From: Methanocellales archaeon
Lineage (GTDB): Archaea; Halobacteriota; UBA148; JAUWXC01
Length of the DNA: 64,000 nucleotides
Reading direction: 5' to 3'
Assembly (NCBI GenBank): GCA_030610945.1
Contig: JAUWQV010000004.1
Span: 53,812 to 117,811 of the forward strand
This document shows, piece after piece, positions 43,780-54,000 of this stretch. The notes under the pieces were generated by a model that did not search any database, was not told the origin of the DNA, and saw nothing but the letters and a program-made list of their open reading frames with translations. A program made the translations under genes and the position numbers. Within the stretch, counting starts at the first letter, position 1, and each line of letters opens with the position of its first letter.

Positions 43780-45354
43780 TTGAAGGTTATCGTAACCGAC
43801 CCTATATCTGAAGAGGGGGTAAAGAGACTTAAAAAAGAGGCGACCGTAGAGGTAGCGACTAATCTGAGCGAGAGCGAACTGGTCGAACAAATCAAAGATT
43901 ACGATGCATTGATAGTTAGGAGCGGGACGCAAGTCACGCGAAAGGTCATAAACGCCGCTACTAAGCTAAAAGTTATAGGGCGTGCAGGCGTAGGCGTGGA
44001 TAATATAGATGTAGATGCAGCGACTGAAAAGGGTATCATCGTCATAAACGCTCCAGAAGGAAATACGATATCGGCAGCGGAGCATACAATCGCAATGATG
44101 TTGGCGCTGTCGAGAAACATACCACAGGCCAACGCTTCACTGAAAAGAGGAGAGTGGAGCAGAAGCAAGTTCGTTGGCGTGGAAGTTAACAACAAGATTC
44201 TAGGAATCATTGGGTTGGGACGCGTGGGCACAGAGGTCGTAAGAAGAGCACAAGGACTGGGCATGCAGGTTCTCGCATATGACCCGTTCATATCTGCTGA
44301 AAGGGCAGAAGAACTGGGGATTCAACTCGCTGATATTGATGAAATACTCAAAAAGTCCGATTATATAACAATACATACCCCGTTAAATAAAGATACACGC
44401 CACTTAATTAGCGAGGAGCAGTTCAAAAAGATGAAAGATGGGGCGAGAATCATAAACTGCGCCAGGGGTGGCATTATTGAGGAGGATGTGCTGGCCAGAG
44501 CCATTAAAAGCGGAAAGGTTGCAGGCGCCGCCCTGGACGTTTTTGAGAACGAGCCGCCCAAGGATAGTCCTTTATTGCACTTGGATAACGTGATAGTGAC
44601 GCCACACCTTGGAGCTTCAACCAGAGAGGCACAGGTCAACGTCGCCGTCACCGCCGCAGAAGGTGTACTGGAGGCTCTGAAAGGGGGGCCAGTCAGAAAT
44701 GCCGTGAATATGCCATCCATTAAACCCGAAACGCTAGCCGTGATCAAACCCTATTTGATGCTGGCTGAGAAGTTAGGGAGTCTATGCATTCAGTTGGTAG
44801 AGGGGCGCATAGACGCCGTGGAGGTTTCATACAGCGGTGACGTTGCATCTATAGATACAGGACCGTTGACAATTGCGGTGCTGAAGGGGATTTTAAATAG
44901 AATGCTTTCCGAGCCGGTCAACTTCGTGAATGCACCCGTGATTGCTAAAAGCAGAGGAATCAAGGTTGTAGAGAGTAAGATTGGTGCAACCGAGGATTTT
45001 GCTGACCTGATAACCGTTACAGTAAAAACTCCGAAAGGTGAAAAAAGCGTTGCTGGAACGCTATTTGGGAAGAAGGATGCGAGAATCGTGCGAATCGACA
45101 GATACCATGTAGATGCAGTGCCCTCTGGACACATGCTTGTGTCAGCGCACTTCGACAAGCCGGGCATCATTGGCAGGGTCGGCACAATTCTGGGTGAGAA
45201 TGACATTAACATAGCGGGAATGCAGGTCGGACGTGAAAAGATAAGGGGCAAAGCAGTGATGGTGCTAAACGTCGATAGCGCAGTTCCAGATAAAATACTC
45301 AAGCAAATCGAAAAGATAGATGGTATTTTTGATATAAAACCGGTAGTGCTATGA
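43780..45354 (+). CDS. serA: D-3-phosphoglycerate dehydrogenase (with ASB and ACT domains)
   Basis: GRAGVGVDNID, GLGRVG, NCARGG, TPHLGAST, DKPGIIG. Confidence 0.96.
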   Translation: MKVIVTDPISEEGVKRLKKEATVEVATNLSESELVEQIKDYDALIVRSGTQVTRKVINAATKLKVIGRAGVGVDNIDVDAATEKGIIVINAPEGNTISAAEHTIAMMLALSRNIPQANASLKRGEWSRSKFVGVEVNNKILGIIGLGRVGTEVVRRAQGLGMQVLAYDPFISAERAEELGIQLADIDEILKKSDYITIHTPLNKDTRHLISEEQFKKMKDGARIINCARGGIIEEDVLARAIKSGKVAGAALDVFENEPPKDSPLLHLDNVIVTPHLGASTREAQVNVAVTAAEGVLEALKGGPVRNAVNMPSIKPETLAVIKPYLMLAEKLGSLCIQLVEGRIDAVEVSYSGDVASIDTGPLTIAVLKGILNRMLSEPVNFVNAPVIAKSRGIKVVESKIGATEDFADLITVTVKTPKGEKSVAGTLFGKKDARIVRIDRYHVDAVPSGHMLVSAHFDKPGIIGRVGTILGENDINIAGMQVGREKIRGKAVMVLNVDSAVPDKILKQIEKIDGIFDIKPVVL

Positions 45355-45969
45355 GACGCGCTCCACTAAATCGGCAAACGCGAGAGTGCCTGAGACTTTG
45401 TTAACCTTGGCTTTGACGATATCGCCTTTGTTGACGTTGGGAATAAAAATTGTGTATCTGTCAAGTTTCGCAATTCCATCCCCTTTCCTACCGACGGCTT
45501 CAATCTTGAGTTCGTAAACATTGCCTTCCTGAACTGCTTCTTTTGGCGCTTCCTTCTGAACCTTTCTCTTTGCAATTGGCCTGTGACCTCCACAGGCATC
45601 GCATTTTAGTATCAAAACGCGGTCGGATTTTATCAGGTGTGTATCCGGCCTTCCGCACTCTGAGCAAATCACGTATTCCCTTACATAATTGTCTACATGC
45701 GACTTAATCGCATCACTAGAGAAGCGCCCCTGAAACGTCGCTCTTCTCCCCTCTATTTTGCCGGCAGTTCCAAGTTCGCGGAGCATGTATTTCATAAAGT
45801 GCGCGGAGTCCCTGCGCAATACATCAATGATGTCCCCGAAGTTCTCTAAAACCGTTGCCCTGCCCTCTGAGAATAGTTTTGGAATAGGGACCACAAAACG
45901 CGTGTCAGCAGTTTTTACTGCAGGCGCCTGTTTAAGTGCCCTATCCAAAAAAGTCTCATAATCGTCCAT
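45349..45969 (-). CDS. eif2b: translation initiation factor aIF2-beta with C-terminal TRAM domain
   Basis: RELGTAG, CSECGRPDT, CDACG, GRKGDGIA. Confidence 0.95.
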   Translation of the reverse strand: MDDYETFLDRALKQAPAVKTADTRFVVPIPKLFSEGRATVLENFGDIIDVLRRDSAHFMKYMLRELGTAGKIEGRRATFQGRFSSDAIKSHVDNYVREYVICSECGRPDTHLIKSDRVLILKCDACGGHRPIAKRKVQKEAPKEAVQEGNVYELKIEAVGRKGDGIAKLDRYTIFIPNVNKGDIVKAKVNKVSGTLAFADLVERVS

Positions 45970-45975
45970 AATGCC

Positions 45976-46494
45976 TCATGTAAGCAGTTCTGCGCCCTTA
46001 TTCACTACTATTTTACATGGTGTTGGAAGTTTACTGCCAGCCCGCCTCAACGCATCCTTCGCCTGGGAGAAATGCGGTGGGCGCACCCCAAGAGATATGA
46101 CCCTTTGTCCTGCACGTACCCTGGCAGCGGTCCCAACTGCCTTGCCAAATGCCTTCCTCATGCCATCTGATACCCTGTCAGCACCAGCACCGGTCGCCTG
46201 TTTATTCTCCCTGAGAACGTTATGCGGGTAAACCAACAGTTTGAGATGATAATTCAAACGCCCCACATCCCTGAGTAGAAAACGGTTGGAAGCGATACGT
46301 GCCGACTCGAGGGCACTATGCCTGATCTGGCACGCCTCCTTCGCGACTAACGTCAGCGACACCGGGAACTCTTCAGTTAAATTGCCCATGTCAAACTGGA
46401 CAATCTTACTCCCTGGTATTCCACCCATATATTTTCTACGCGTATAAGCCCTATCTCGTAGGTCCCTATACATGCTCGCTGGTTTTCTCGCCAT
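45976..46494 (-). CDS. rpl10e: 50S ribosomal protein uL16 (L10e)
   Basis: [34 protein letters not shown]. Confidence 0.97.
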   Translation of the reverse strand: MARKPASMYRDLRDRAYTRRKYMGGIPGSKIVQFDMGNLTEEFPVSLTLVAKEACQIRHSALESARIASNRFLLRDVGRLNYHLKLLVYPHNVLRENKQATGAGADRVSDGMRKAFGKAVGTAARVRAGQRVISLGVRPPHFSQAKDALRRAGSKLPTPCKIVVNKGAELLT

Positions 46495-46546
46495 TTTATC
46501 ATCCTTATAAGAGGTTCACTCCAATTAGTCTACACCATAATAAATC

Positions 46547-47488
46547 TTATTGATATTGAATATACGCCCCTGTATTTCTTGCACGCGATAACATAACGTT
46601 TCCTTTATCACCCATATAGTCTTTAACCGCTTCTTGTACCTCGTGCGGAGAGTCCGTGATGGCGTAAATAAGAGGGCCAAATGAACTCATTCCCGCACCT
46701 GCTGCACCGCTCTCCAGCATCACGTCCATAAGCGCTCTCGCAATTGGTTGATGTTTGACTTCCCTCTTCTTGAAGCCCGTACCTTGGAGGGCGTTGATGG
46801 CTGAGCCAAACGCCTTCAAATCCCCCTCTAAAAGTGCTGGCAGCAACCCCATGAGGATTATGTGCGATGTTGCTTGCACTTCTGCTAAAGGAATTGGACA
46901 CTCCTCTTGGAATATGTTAACTTCCTTCGTGCTGAACGCACCCTTAAGAGCTGGAAGAGCCAGTATGATGTCCCAATTTGGAAAGTCATGGCGCATCAGC
47001 ACAGGAGGTGGCGGTGCCCGGCTCACCGAGGATGGCTCGAATCCCCCTTTTTCATCAAACCGGTGTCCACCATCGAGGATAAAACCTCCTTTCTCAAACG
47101 CGGCTACGCCGATGCCGGATGTCCCGCCCCGTCGCACAATCCTTGCAATGTCTTGGACTGATAGTTCAAGGTCGTATAGCGCGTTTACTGCCATCCCTGC
47201 CGCAAGCGAGGCTTGTGTACCAGAGCCGAGCCCTACGTGCGATGGGTAGCCCTCTTCAATCACGATATGAACGCCGCCATGCCCTCTTGCTACTGCCTCT
47301 GCGCTCTTCTTCACACGCGCTTGCAGTGCATTGTTTCCCTCCACGATGATTTCGTCTGCCTTTTCCGCTGAGAGGATTGTCGATGGCGTGTCCAGCGCAA
47401 GACCGATGCCACCATCAATCCTGCCAAGGGCTCCGTTTAAATCAATCAAAGCGATGTGCAGGCGTGAGGGCGTCGTAATTCTTAACAT
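46547..47488 (-). CDS. mptG: beta-ribofuranosylaminobenzene 5'-phosphate synthase (methanopterin pathway)
   Basis: TPSRLH..LIDLNG, HVGLGSGTQ, RGGTSGIG, GMSSFGP. Confidence 0.92.
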   Translation of the reverse strand: MLRITTPSRLHIALIDLNGALGRIDGGIGLALDTPSTILSAEKADEIIVEGNNALQARVKKSAEAVARGHGGVHIVIEEGYPSHVGLGSGTQASLAAGMAVNALYDLELSVQDIARIVRRGGTSGIGVAAFEKGGFILDGGHRFDEKGGFEPSSVSRAPPPPVLMRHDFPNWDIILALPALKGAFSTKEVNIFQEECPIPLAEVQATSHIILMGLLPALLEGDLKAFGSAINALQGTGFKKREVKHQPIARALMDVMLESGAAGAGMSSFGPLIYAITDSPHEVQEAVKDYMGDKGNVMLSRARNTGAYIQYQ

Positions 47489-47585
47489 GCTCCTTTACTT
47501 TTAATCCAATATGGCATAAATTTTCTGAGCGCTACAGAAAGATATATTTCTCAACACGATATTTAAAGTGCGAGACGTGAGCCAG

Positions 47586-48479
47586 ATGGACCTGACGATT
47601 GATTTGAGTGGCCTGAAATTGAAAAATCCCACCATACTAGCTGCCGGCATTCTCGGAACCAGCGCCGCCTCGCTGAAGAGAGTGGCACAGCATGGCGCAG
47701 GTGCAGTCGTAACGAAGTCGATAGGTGCCTCGCCACGAGAGGGGCATCCTGGGCCCGTACTGGTCAAAACAGAGCGTGGCTTTTTGAACGCAATGGGGTT
47801 GCCCAACCCATCTTATCATGAATTTGTACGCGAGTTAGAGACGGTAAAAGGAGATGTGCCGGTAATCGCAAGCATATTCGGCTCTAACGCGAAAGAGTTT
47901 GAGGAAGTTGCCTTAGGACTGAGTAAAGCAAGGCCTGATGCCTTCGAGTTGAACCTGAGCTGCCCCCATGCTAAAGGATACGGTGCGACCCTAGGCACGG
48001 ACCCATTGAAAGTCAAGGAGATTATAAAGAGCGTCAAGAGTGTAGTAGACGTGCCGGTATGGGCAAAACTTCCACCGGTGGCAAATATCGTGGAACTGGG
48101 ATTGGCTGCCCAAGAAGGCGGGGCAGATGCTGTGGTCGTGATTAATACTATACCAGCGATGGGCATCGATATAGAATCTGGTTGTCCAATCCTGGGCAAC
48201 AAGGTCGGTGGACTGTCCGGGGCAGCGATAAAGCCGGTGGCGCTTAGATGTGTGTATGAGTTGTGCGCTACATTGAGCATCGATGTGATCGGTGTGGGTG
48301 GTATATCCACATGGAAAGATGCTGTCGAATTCATCATGGCAGGCGCCTCTGCCGTTGAGATAGGGTCCGCGGTGCACGATGACATAAATGTCTTCAGGAA
48401 TGTCTCCAAGGGAATCACACAATTTCTTGAGAAGAGGCAATGCAGCCTAGAAGATATTAGGGGCGTGGCACAGAAATGA
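47586..48479 (+). CDS. pyrD: dihydroorotate dehydrogenase, family 1B catalytic subunit
   Basis: NAMGLPNP, ELNLSCPH, INT, GGLSG.AIKP. Confidence 0.95.
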   Translation: MDLTIDLSGLKLKNPTILAAGILGTSAASLKRVAQHGAGAVVTKSIGASPREGHPGPVLVKTERGFLNAMGLPNPSYHEFVRELETVKGDVPVIASIFGSNAKEFEEVALGLSKARPDAFELNLSCPHAKGYGATLGTDPLKVKEIIKSVKSVVDVPVWAKLPPVANIVELGLAAQEGGADAVVVINTIPAMGIDIESGCPILGNKVGGLSGAAIKPVALRCVYELCATLSIDVIGVGGISTWKDAVEFIMAGASAVEIGSAVHDDINVFRNVSKGITQFLEKRQCSLEDIRGVAQK

Positions 48480-49246
48480 TGCCCATTAACGCAAGAATAA
48501 CGAAAATTGTGGATGAAACACCATCCACCAAGACGTTTTTTCTGGATTTAACGCTGGACAGCAAGTCTGGACAGTTCGTGATGGCCTGGATCAGAGGAGT
48601 TGACGAAATTCCAATGAGCCTGTCATACCCCAATGCCATCACGGTCCAGAAGGTGGGCGATGCTACCTCTGCTTTATTCAAACTAAAAAAAGGCGATTCG
48701 ATTGGGGTAAGAGGCCCTATTGGAAATGGTTTTACGCTGAGCGGAAAATCAATCCTGTTAATCGCAGGCGGTGTCGGTGCTGCGCCACTGGCGCCTCTGG
48801 CAGAAGCGGCTAGAGATGAAAAAATAAGGGTAAAAACGCTCCTGGGTGCTAAAACAGGCGATGAACTGTTATTCGTAAAGCGATTTAGGGGGGCGGGAGA
48901 GATACAGACAGCAACAGATGACGGGTCTAAAGGGCACAAGGGACCTGTAACTGGATTATTGGATGAATTAGACCTGCAAGACTACGACCAGATATACTCC
49001 TGCGGACCCGAAAAGATGATGGGTAAGGTTTTGGAGATGGCCAAGGATGAAAACATGGTGCCAAAAACGCAGTTCAGCCTCCAGCGTTACATCAAGTGCG
49101 GAATGGGCATCTGTGGCACCTGCTGCATCGACCCGTCGGGGCTGAGAGTCTGTGTAGATGGCCCAGTATTTAGTGGGGACATATTGGTCGATTCAGAATT
49201 CGGACGATATGCCAGAGATGCAAGTGGAAGGAAAATGAAACTATGA
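48476..49246 (+). CDS. pyrK: dihydroorotate dehydrogenase electron transfer subunit
   Basis: GQFVM.W, RGPIGNGF, CGPE.M, CGMGICGTC..VC.DGPVF. Confidence 0.95.
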   Translation: MMPINARITKIVDETPSTKTFFLDLTLDSKSGQFVMAWIRGVDEIPMSLSYPNAITVQKVGDATSALFKLKKGDSIGVRGPIGNGFTLSGKSILLIAGGVGAAPLAPLAEAARDEKIRVKTLLGAKTGDELLFVKRFRGAGEIQTATDDGSKGHKGPVTGLLDELDLQDYDQIYSCGPEKMMGKVLEMAKDENMVPKTQFSLQRYIKCGMGICGTCCIDPSGLRVCVDGPVFSGDILVDSEFGRYARDASGRKMKL

Positions 49247-51663
49247 CGAACAAATTGCCAAAGACATACGAACCCGATAAAATCGAGCCAAAATGGCAGG
49301 AGCGGTGGGAAAAGGAGGAGTTTTACAGATTTGATTTTGACGTAGAGGGTCCAGTATATGTCATCGACACGCCGCCCCCCTTCACCTCGGGCACCCTTCA
49401 CATGGGACATATATTGAATCATACGTGGATTGACATTGCTGCGCGATACAAGAGGATGAGAGGGCATAATGTTCTGCTGCCGCAAGGTTTTGATTGCCAT
49501 GGCCTGCCCACAGAATTACAGGTGGAGAAACTCGGCATCTCCAAGGAAGACAGGGAGAGATTCAGGGAAGCGTGCATAGACTGGACAGAGAAGAGCATAG
49601 AGAAGATGAAGGCCCAGTTTAAAAGACTGGGGTATTCGGCGGATTGGTCCAAGGAATACAGGACCATGTCCAAAGACCACATCACCAAGGTCCAGTTATC
49701 GCTGCTCAAGTTCAATGACCTCGGGCTGGTTTATAGAAAACGCCATCCAATACACTACTGCTGCAACTGTGGAACCGCGCTTGCCAAAGCAGAACTTGGA
49801 TATATCGAGCGGGATGGCACCCTCAGTTACATGCGATTGGGTGTTGATGGAATTGACAATGGCCACATAACCATTGCCACAACCCGCCCCGAATTGATGT
49901 GCGCATGCGTTGCGGTCATGGTGCATCCTGACGATGAAAGATACGGCAACTATATCGGAAAGACGGCGCGATTACCCCTTTATAAGAGAGAGGTTCCCAT
50001 CATCGCAGATGAGGACGTAGACATGACGTTCGGAACGGGCGCGGTTTACGTCTGCACGTACGGTGATGAGCAGGATCTGGTGTGGCAGCAGAAATATTCG
50101 CTGCCGGCGATTGTCGCCATTGATGAAAATGGGCGTATGACGGAATATGCTGGCAAGTACAAAGGCATGACTATAGAAGAGTGTCAAAAGCAGATTATAG
50201 AAGATTTGAAATCTAGTGGTGCAATCACCAAGCAGGAGCCTATAACGCACAGGGTCCTAATTCACTCAGAGCGAAGTGGCTGCCAGAGGCCGATTGAATT
50301 TATCCCAATGCCCCAGTGGTTCATCAAGATTAAAGATAAGTCAAAAGACGTGATTAACGCTGCTGAAAAGATGAACTGGTATCCAGAGTATATGTTTCAG
50401 AGACTAACAGACTGGGCGAACTCCCTGGACTGGGACTGGGTCATCTCGCGTCAAAGAGTCTTTGGAACGCCGATACCTTTCTGGTACTGTGAAGATTGTG
50501 ATGAGATAATCGCGCCCTTGCAAGACGACCTGCCTGTTAATCCTGCAGTAGATGGTGCACCAGTAGATTCGTGTCCGCGGTGTAATTCGAAAAATATCAA
50601 AGGCAACCTTGACGTGTGCGATTGCTGGGTTGATAGTTCAATAAGCCCCCTCATAGCAAGCAACTGGCTGAGCGATGAGTTCGAAAAACTTTACCCCACG
50701 TCCATCAGGCCACAGGGATACGAAATCATCCGGACATGGCTATTTTACACTATCTTTCGCTGCCTTATCCTGACCGGGGAGGCGCCATTCAAAGATATTT
50801 TAGTCAATGGAATGGTGCTCGGAGAAGATGGCAAAAAGATGTCCAAGAGTCTTGGCAACGTCGTTGCGCCAGACGAAATCATCGATGAGTATGGAGTTGA
50901 CCCCGTCAGGCAGTGGGCCGCCATAGCGTCATTGGGAGAGGATTATCCATTCGAATTGAAGGAAATCGTTCATGGAAAACGTTTTCTAACCAAGATGTGG
51001 AACGTTGTGAGATTTGGCATGCTCCATCGTTCCGGTGCCCCTGGAGAGCTAAATATCGTCGATAAATGGATTCTGAGCAAACTGAATAGGCTGGTTAGAG
51101 AAGTCACCGCCGACCTGGATGGGTATGAATTCAAGACGTTGCAAAAAATCAGGAGTTTCGCTTGGAGCGAGTTAGCCGACAACTACATTGAGATGACAAA
51201 ATATCGATTGTACGGTGATGATGTCGGCGCAAAGAATGCAGCAAGATACACGCTAAGCAGGGTTGTTGAAACTGTCCTTCTGTTACTGGCGCCATTTGTT
51301 CCTCACTTTGCGGAGGAGTGCTATTCATGCATAGGAGATAGCAGCATTTATAGATGCAAGTGGCCAGAAGCGGACGAGTCGCTGATAGATGATGAGGCAG
51401 AAAAGGGCGGCGAGGTTATCAAAGAGGTTATAGGTGCCATAAGGAGATACAAATCTGAAAAAGGCCTCCCACTAAATGCTGAGTTGGAAAAAATCAAGAT
51501 ATATGCTAATGCTCATGACGAAAAATGGATTAAGCAGGGCATCAATGACATTAAGGGCACGACCTGGGCGAAGAGCGTGGAGATTATGAGAGGCGCACCA
51601 GAAAAGAAAGGGGATGCCCTCCAGGTCAGGGATGTGACTGTTGTTATTTGTGGCGTCTATTGA
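49243..51663 (+). CDS. valS: valyl-tRNA synthetase
   Basis: DTPPP..SG.LHMGH, ATTRPE, DWVISRQR, KMSKSLGN. Confidence 0.96.
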   Translation: MTNKLPKTYEPDKIEPKWQERWEKEEFYRFDFDVEGPVYVIDTPPPFTSGTLHMGHILNHTWIDIAARYKRMRGHNVLLPQGFDCHGLPTELQVEKLGISKEDRERFREACIDWTEKSIEKMKAQFKRLGYSADWSKEYRTMSKDHITKVQLSLLKFNDLGLVYRKRHPIHYCCNCGTALAKAELGYIERDGTLSYMRLGVDGIDNGHITIATTRPELMCACVAVMVHPDDERYGNYIGKTARLPLYKREVPIIADEDVDMTFGTGAVYVCTYGDEQDLVWQQKYSLPAIVAIDENGRMTEYAGKYKGMTIEECQKQIIEDLKSSGAITKQEPITHRVLIHSERSGCQRPIEFIPMPQWFIKIKDKSKDVINAAEKMNWYPEYMFQRLTDWANSLDWDWVISRQRVFGTPIPFWYCEDCDEIIAPLQDDLPVNPAVDGAPVDSCPRCNSKNIKGNLDVCDCWVDSSISPLIASNWLSDEFEKLYPTSIRPQGYEIIRTWLFYTIFRCLILTGEAPFKDILVNGMVLGEDGKKMSKSLGNVVAPDEIIDEYGVDPVRQWAAIASLGEDYPFELKEIVHGKRFLTKMWNVVRFGMLHRSGAPGELNIVDKWILSKLNRLVREVTADLDGYEFKTLQKIRSFAWSELADNYIEMTKYRLYGDDVGAKNAARYTLSRVVETVLLLLAPFVPHFAEECYSCIGDSSIYRCKWPEADESLIDDEAEKGGEVIKEVIGAIRRYKSEKGLPLNAELEKIKIYANAHDEKWIKQGINDIKGTTWAKSVEIMRGAPEKKGDALQVRDVTVVICGVY

Positions 51664-51878
51664 GGTCCTATAGCTGCATCAAGCAGCGCCTTGAGTTCGC
51701 CTATCTTCGCTACAGGCACACTGATGCCTTGTTTTGTGTATCCGGTGTAGCGCTCACTATCCACAAACTTGCGAATGTCTACGCGCTTCTCGCTCTTCCA
51801 TTCCGTCAGCCTGACTATGATCTTAGTAGATTTGTCCAATTCAATCTTTCCGATTTCCTCATCGACCATATTTATCAC
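51657..51878 (-). CDS. PC4/YdbC-family ssDNA-binding protein
   Basis: VRLTEWK...VDIRKF...TKQGISVP. Confidence 0.85.
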   Translation of the reverse strand: MINMVDEEIGKIELDKSTKIIVRLTEWKSEKRVDIRKFVDSERYTGYTKQGISVPVAKIGELKALLDAAIGPQ

Positions 51879-52010
51879 CTGCCATTAATCATGCCTATAT
51901 TTAGTGTCTTCGTTTAAACGTTTAACGTTTAATTGACTGGGAGCTTCGCGTTTATTAAAAGGGCCAAACAATTAAGAGCTGCAAATTACAATATCATATG
52001 GAGGAATGAA

Positions 52011-52364
52011 ATGGAGGACGTAACCAACATATTTGAGAACACGGGCTCCAGCCTGATAAAAGGCATCATGGAGAGAGGTGGCGCCATTTTAGGAGAAAAA
52101 ATCGAGGGTTTTGCCGGCGTTCTGGTAGAGGACAAGGCATACGCGGATGCTCTCCAAAAGAAGGTGGAGGTGCAAGCCGGCGTAAAAGGCTACATCTCGA
52201 CCGACGAGTTGCCTGCCTATGGAATCTCCAAGGAAGAAAAAGAAGCAATAGAGAGCAGGTTCGGTGTTACGGGAAACGATGTCGTCATCCTGGTTGCTGA
52301 TGAAGAGAGCAAAGCAAGAAGGGCGCTGGAAGTGATAAAAGAAGACGTTTCCAAGCGAAAATGA
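52011..52364 (+). CDS. stand-alone GAD-like domain (GatE/AspRS insertion domain homologue)
   Basis: DVTNIFENTGSSLI, GFAG, GVKGYISTDELPAYGIS.EE, VILVA....A..AL match the GatE insert; has its own GGAGG SD. Confidence 0.75.
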   Translation: MEDVTNIFENTGSSLIKGIMERGGAILGEKIEGFAGVLVEDKAYADALQKKVEVQAGVKGYISTDELPAYGISKEEKEAIESRFGVTGNDVVILVADEESKARRALEVIKEDVSKRK

Positions 52365-52404
52365 TAGACTATATAACAACGAAATCACAAACAAAAAGGG
52401 GGAT

Positions 52405-52560
52405 TTGCCATCTTTTTTGGCCAGAAAAATCCTGAAGGTCGGATCATCCTACATGATCACTTTACCCATGGATATTGTCCGGGGCTTCAGCTGGGACGAG
52501 AACACCAGGATAAAGGCCAGGATAACTGGCAAAAATACGTTGGAGATAAGTGAGGCATGA
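52405..52560 (+). CDS. AbrB/MazE/SpoVT-like small DNA-binding protein (not in ORF track)
   Basis: TTG start after GGGGG; MPSFLARKILKVGSSYMITLPMDIVRGFSWDENTRIKARITGKNTLEISEA. Confidence 0.75.
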   Translation: MPSFLARKILKVGSSYMITLPMDIVRGFSWDENTRIKARITGKNTLEISEA

Positions 52561-52589
52561 AGTTGCAGAGGCAGAGGAATAGAACCTAG

Positions 52590-53345
52590 TTAGGCGAGTT
52601 TCTTTGATATTACGCTTGCCATAAATCCGGTAATAAGGTGATATCTTACTTTTTTACATTCCACATTTCCGCGCTTTGTTGCGGCAACCTTTTGAGAGAG
52701 GGAAGGAGGTATCTCTTTTGATAAATTGAATATATTCAGTTCAGGCTTAAAATCAATCGGCGAAATACCAAACTTTGCAAATACTGGAGGACAGATCTTC
52801 AAAATATCCTGGTTTCTATCATACATCGCGTTAATCATATTTTCAATATGGGTTGTTGTGTATTCATGTTCATCAGACTTGCCTACGGCATCTCTCAGAA
52901 AATCTCTTATAGCGTATGGCAACACCAAACACGACACCAATTCATCATAAATATTGAAAGATGGGCGATCAGTCACAAAACCAACATTGGCATATTCTTT
53001 CATGTACTTTCTAAAGCTGGTCTTCAAGAATTTTAACAATACTCCCCTTTCTTTGTCGTCTAGCTCCTTGTTCACGCGTGCTAAGTCCTCTTCGGTCAGC
53101 TTGAGTAATGGCTCTGCTCTCGATAGAATTGGCTTTGCTAATCCCCTTTTTCCTTTTCCTTCTGTCCTCTTAAAGAGGTGCGCATACTCCTTCGATACGA
53201 TCTTGTAGATCTGATCTGTCCGTGGATTTTTCACTCTTTGTATTTTCTGTCCTATCTCGTAACCACTTATCGGCGCGCCGTATGCTAGGCAATAAATCTT
53301 TGATGGTAAGCCATCTAATATAGGATTTTCAATTTTTCTTGGCAT
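52590..53345 (-). CDS. hypothetical protein with probable N-terminal winged HTH (candidate element repressor)
   Basis: KIYCLAYGAPISGYEIGQKI...QIYKIV; divergent from the RHH operon. Confidence 0.5.
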   Translation of the reverse strand: MPRKIENPILDGLPSKIYCLAYGAPISGYEIGQKIQRVKNPRTDQIYKIVSKEYAHLFKRTEGKGKRGLAKPILSRAEPLLKLTEEDLARVNKELDDKERGVLLKFLKTSFRKYMKEYANVGFVTDRPSFNIYDELVSCLVLPYAIRDFLRDAVGKSDEHEYTTTHIENMINAMYDRNQDILKICPPVFAKFGISPIDFKPELNIFNLSKEIPPSLSQKVAATKRGNVECKKVRYHLITGFMASVISKKLA

Positions 53346-53363
53346 TTTATACCCCCTAAACAA

Positions 53364-53391
53364 TCTTTGGAATATACGTTCTTTGGAATAT
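53364..53391. promoter_or_regulatory. direct repeat operator candidate
   Basis: TCTTTGGAATAT at 53364-53375 and 53380-53391 in the divergent promoter region. Confidence 0.5.
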
Positions 53392-53474
53392 CAATTCTCT
53401 ATATTCCTATATCATAATATATGTAAAAAAAACACATATAATACTTGTGGTCATATGTGGGGGTGTGGTGCCGG

Positions 53475-53600
53475 ATGAAAAAATGGATACACATTACAAT
53501 CGACCACGATGTGCTTGAGAGAATAGACAAAGAGCGTGGTCTAATCCCTAGGTCCACATGGATCAATGACAAGTTAAAGAGAATCGTGGAGGACATATGA
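53475..53600 (+). CDS. ribbon-helix-helix (CopG-like) protein (not in ORF track)
   Basis: MKKWIHITIDHDVLERIDKERGLIPRSTWINDKLKRIVEDI; beta strand plus RGLIPRS pattern. Confidence 0.8.
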   Translation: MKKWIHITIDHDVLERIDKERGLIPRSTWINDKLKRIVEDI

Positions 53601-53746
53601 CCAAAAGCGCTCATATCGAGAAGAGAGGGGGGATCGCCTCGCCTCCCTCTATCCCCTCTGAAGATATCCTAGCTCGCTTGCTGGAGTGGAAGCGCGCTTG
53701 GTGGAAATGGCGAGCAGCGAAAAAGGACAGATGGGAGTTATTATGA
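53597..53746 (+). CDS. 49-aa Trp-rich hypothetical protein (not in ORF track)
   Basis: MTKSAHIEKRGGIASPPSIPSEDILARLLEWKRAWWKWRAAKKDRWELL; ATGA overlaps at both ends and a GGAGG SD. Confidence 0.55.
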   Translation: MTKSAHIEKRGGIASPPSIPSEDILARLLEWKRAWWKWRAAKKDRWELL

Positions 53747-54000
53747 ATCATCAGCTTGCGCCCCAAATTCCCTCTAAGTCCATAAAAAGAATCATGCGAT
53801 CTGCAGGTGCTGGGTGTGTGAGCAGGGGGGCCATTGATATTCGCAATGCAAAAACCTTGCTCCAAGATATACCCCCCGAAATTTTGGATAAATTCGAGTT
53901 TTGGGAGATTGTACTTTTTAAAATTGTTGAAAAGGTGGATCTGAAACTTCAGAAAAAAGGAAGGAAGGAAAATAATGAACCGAAATATCAAGGAAATTAG
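53743..54000 (+). CDS. small protein with archaeal-histone-like N-terminus
   Basis: IPSKSIKRIMRSAGAGCVSRGA resembles HMf [22 protein letters not shown]; the remainder diverges. Confidence 0.5.
   Translation: MNHQLAPQIPSKSIKRIMRSAGAGCVSRGAIDIRNAKTLLQDIPPEILDKFEFWEIVLFKIVEKVDLKLQKKGRKENNEPKYQGN

Noticed and set aside
51911-51932. CGTTTAA x3 between the PC4 and GAD genes
   Set aside because: Short, AT-rich and within a divergent promoter region, so it cannot be distinguished from promoter sequence or chance.
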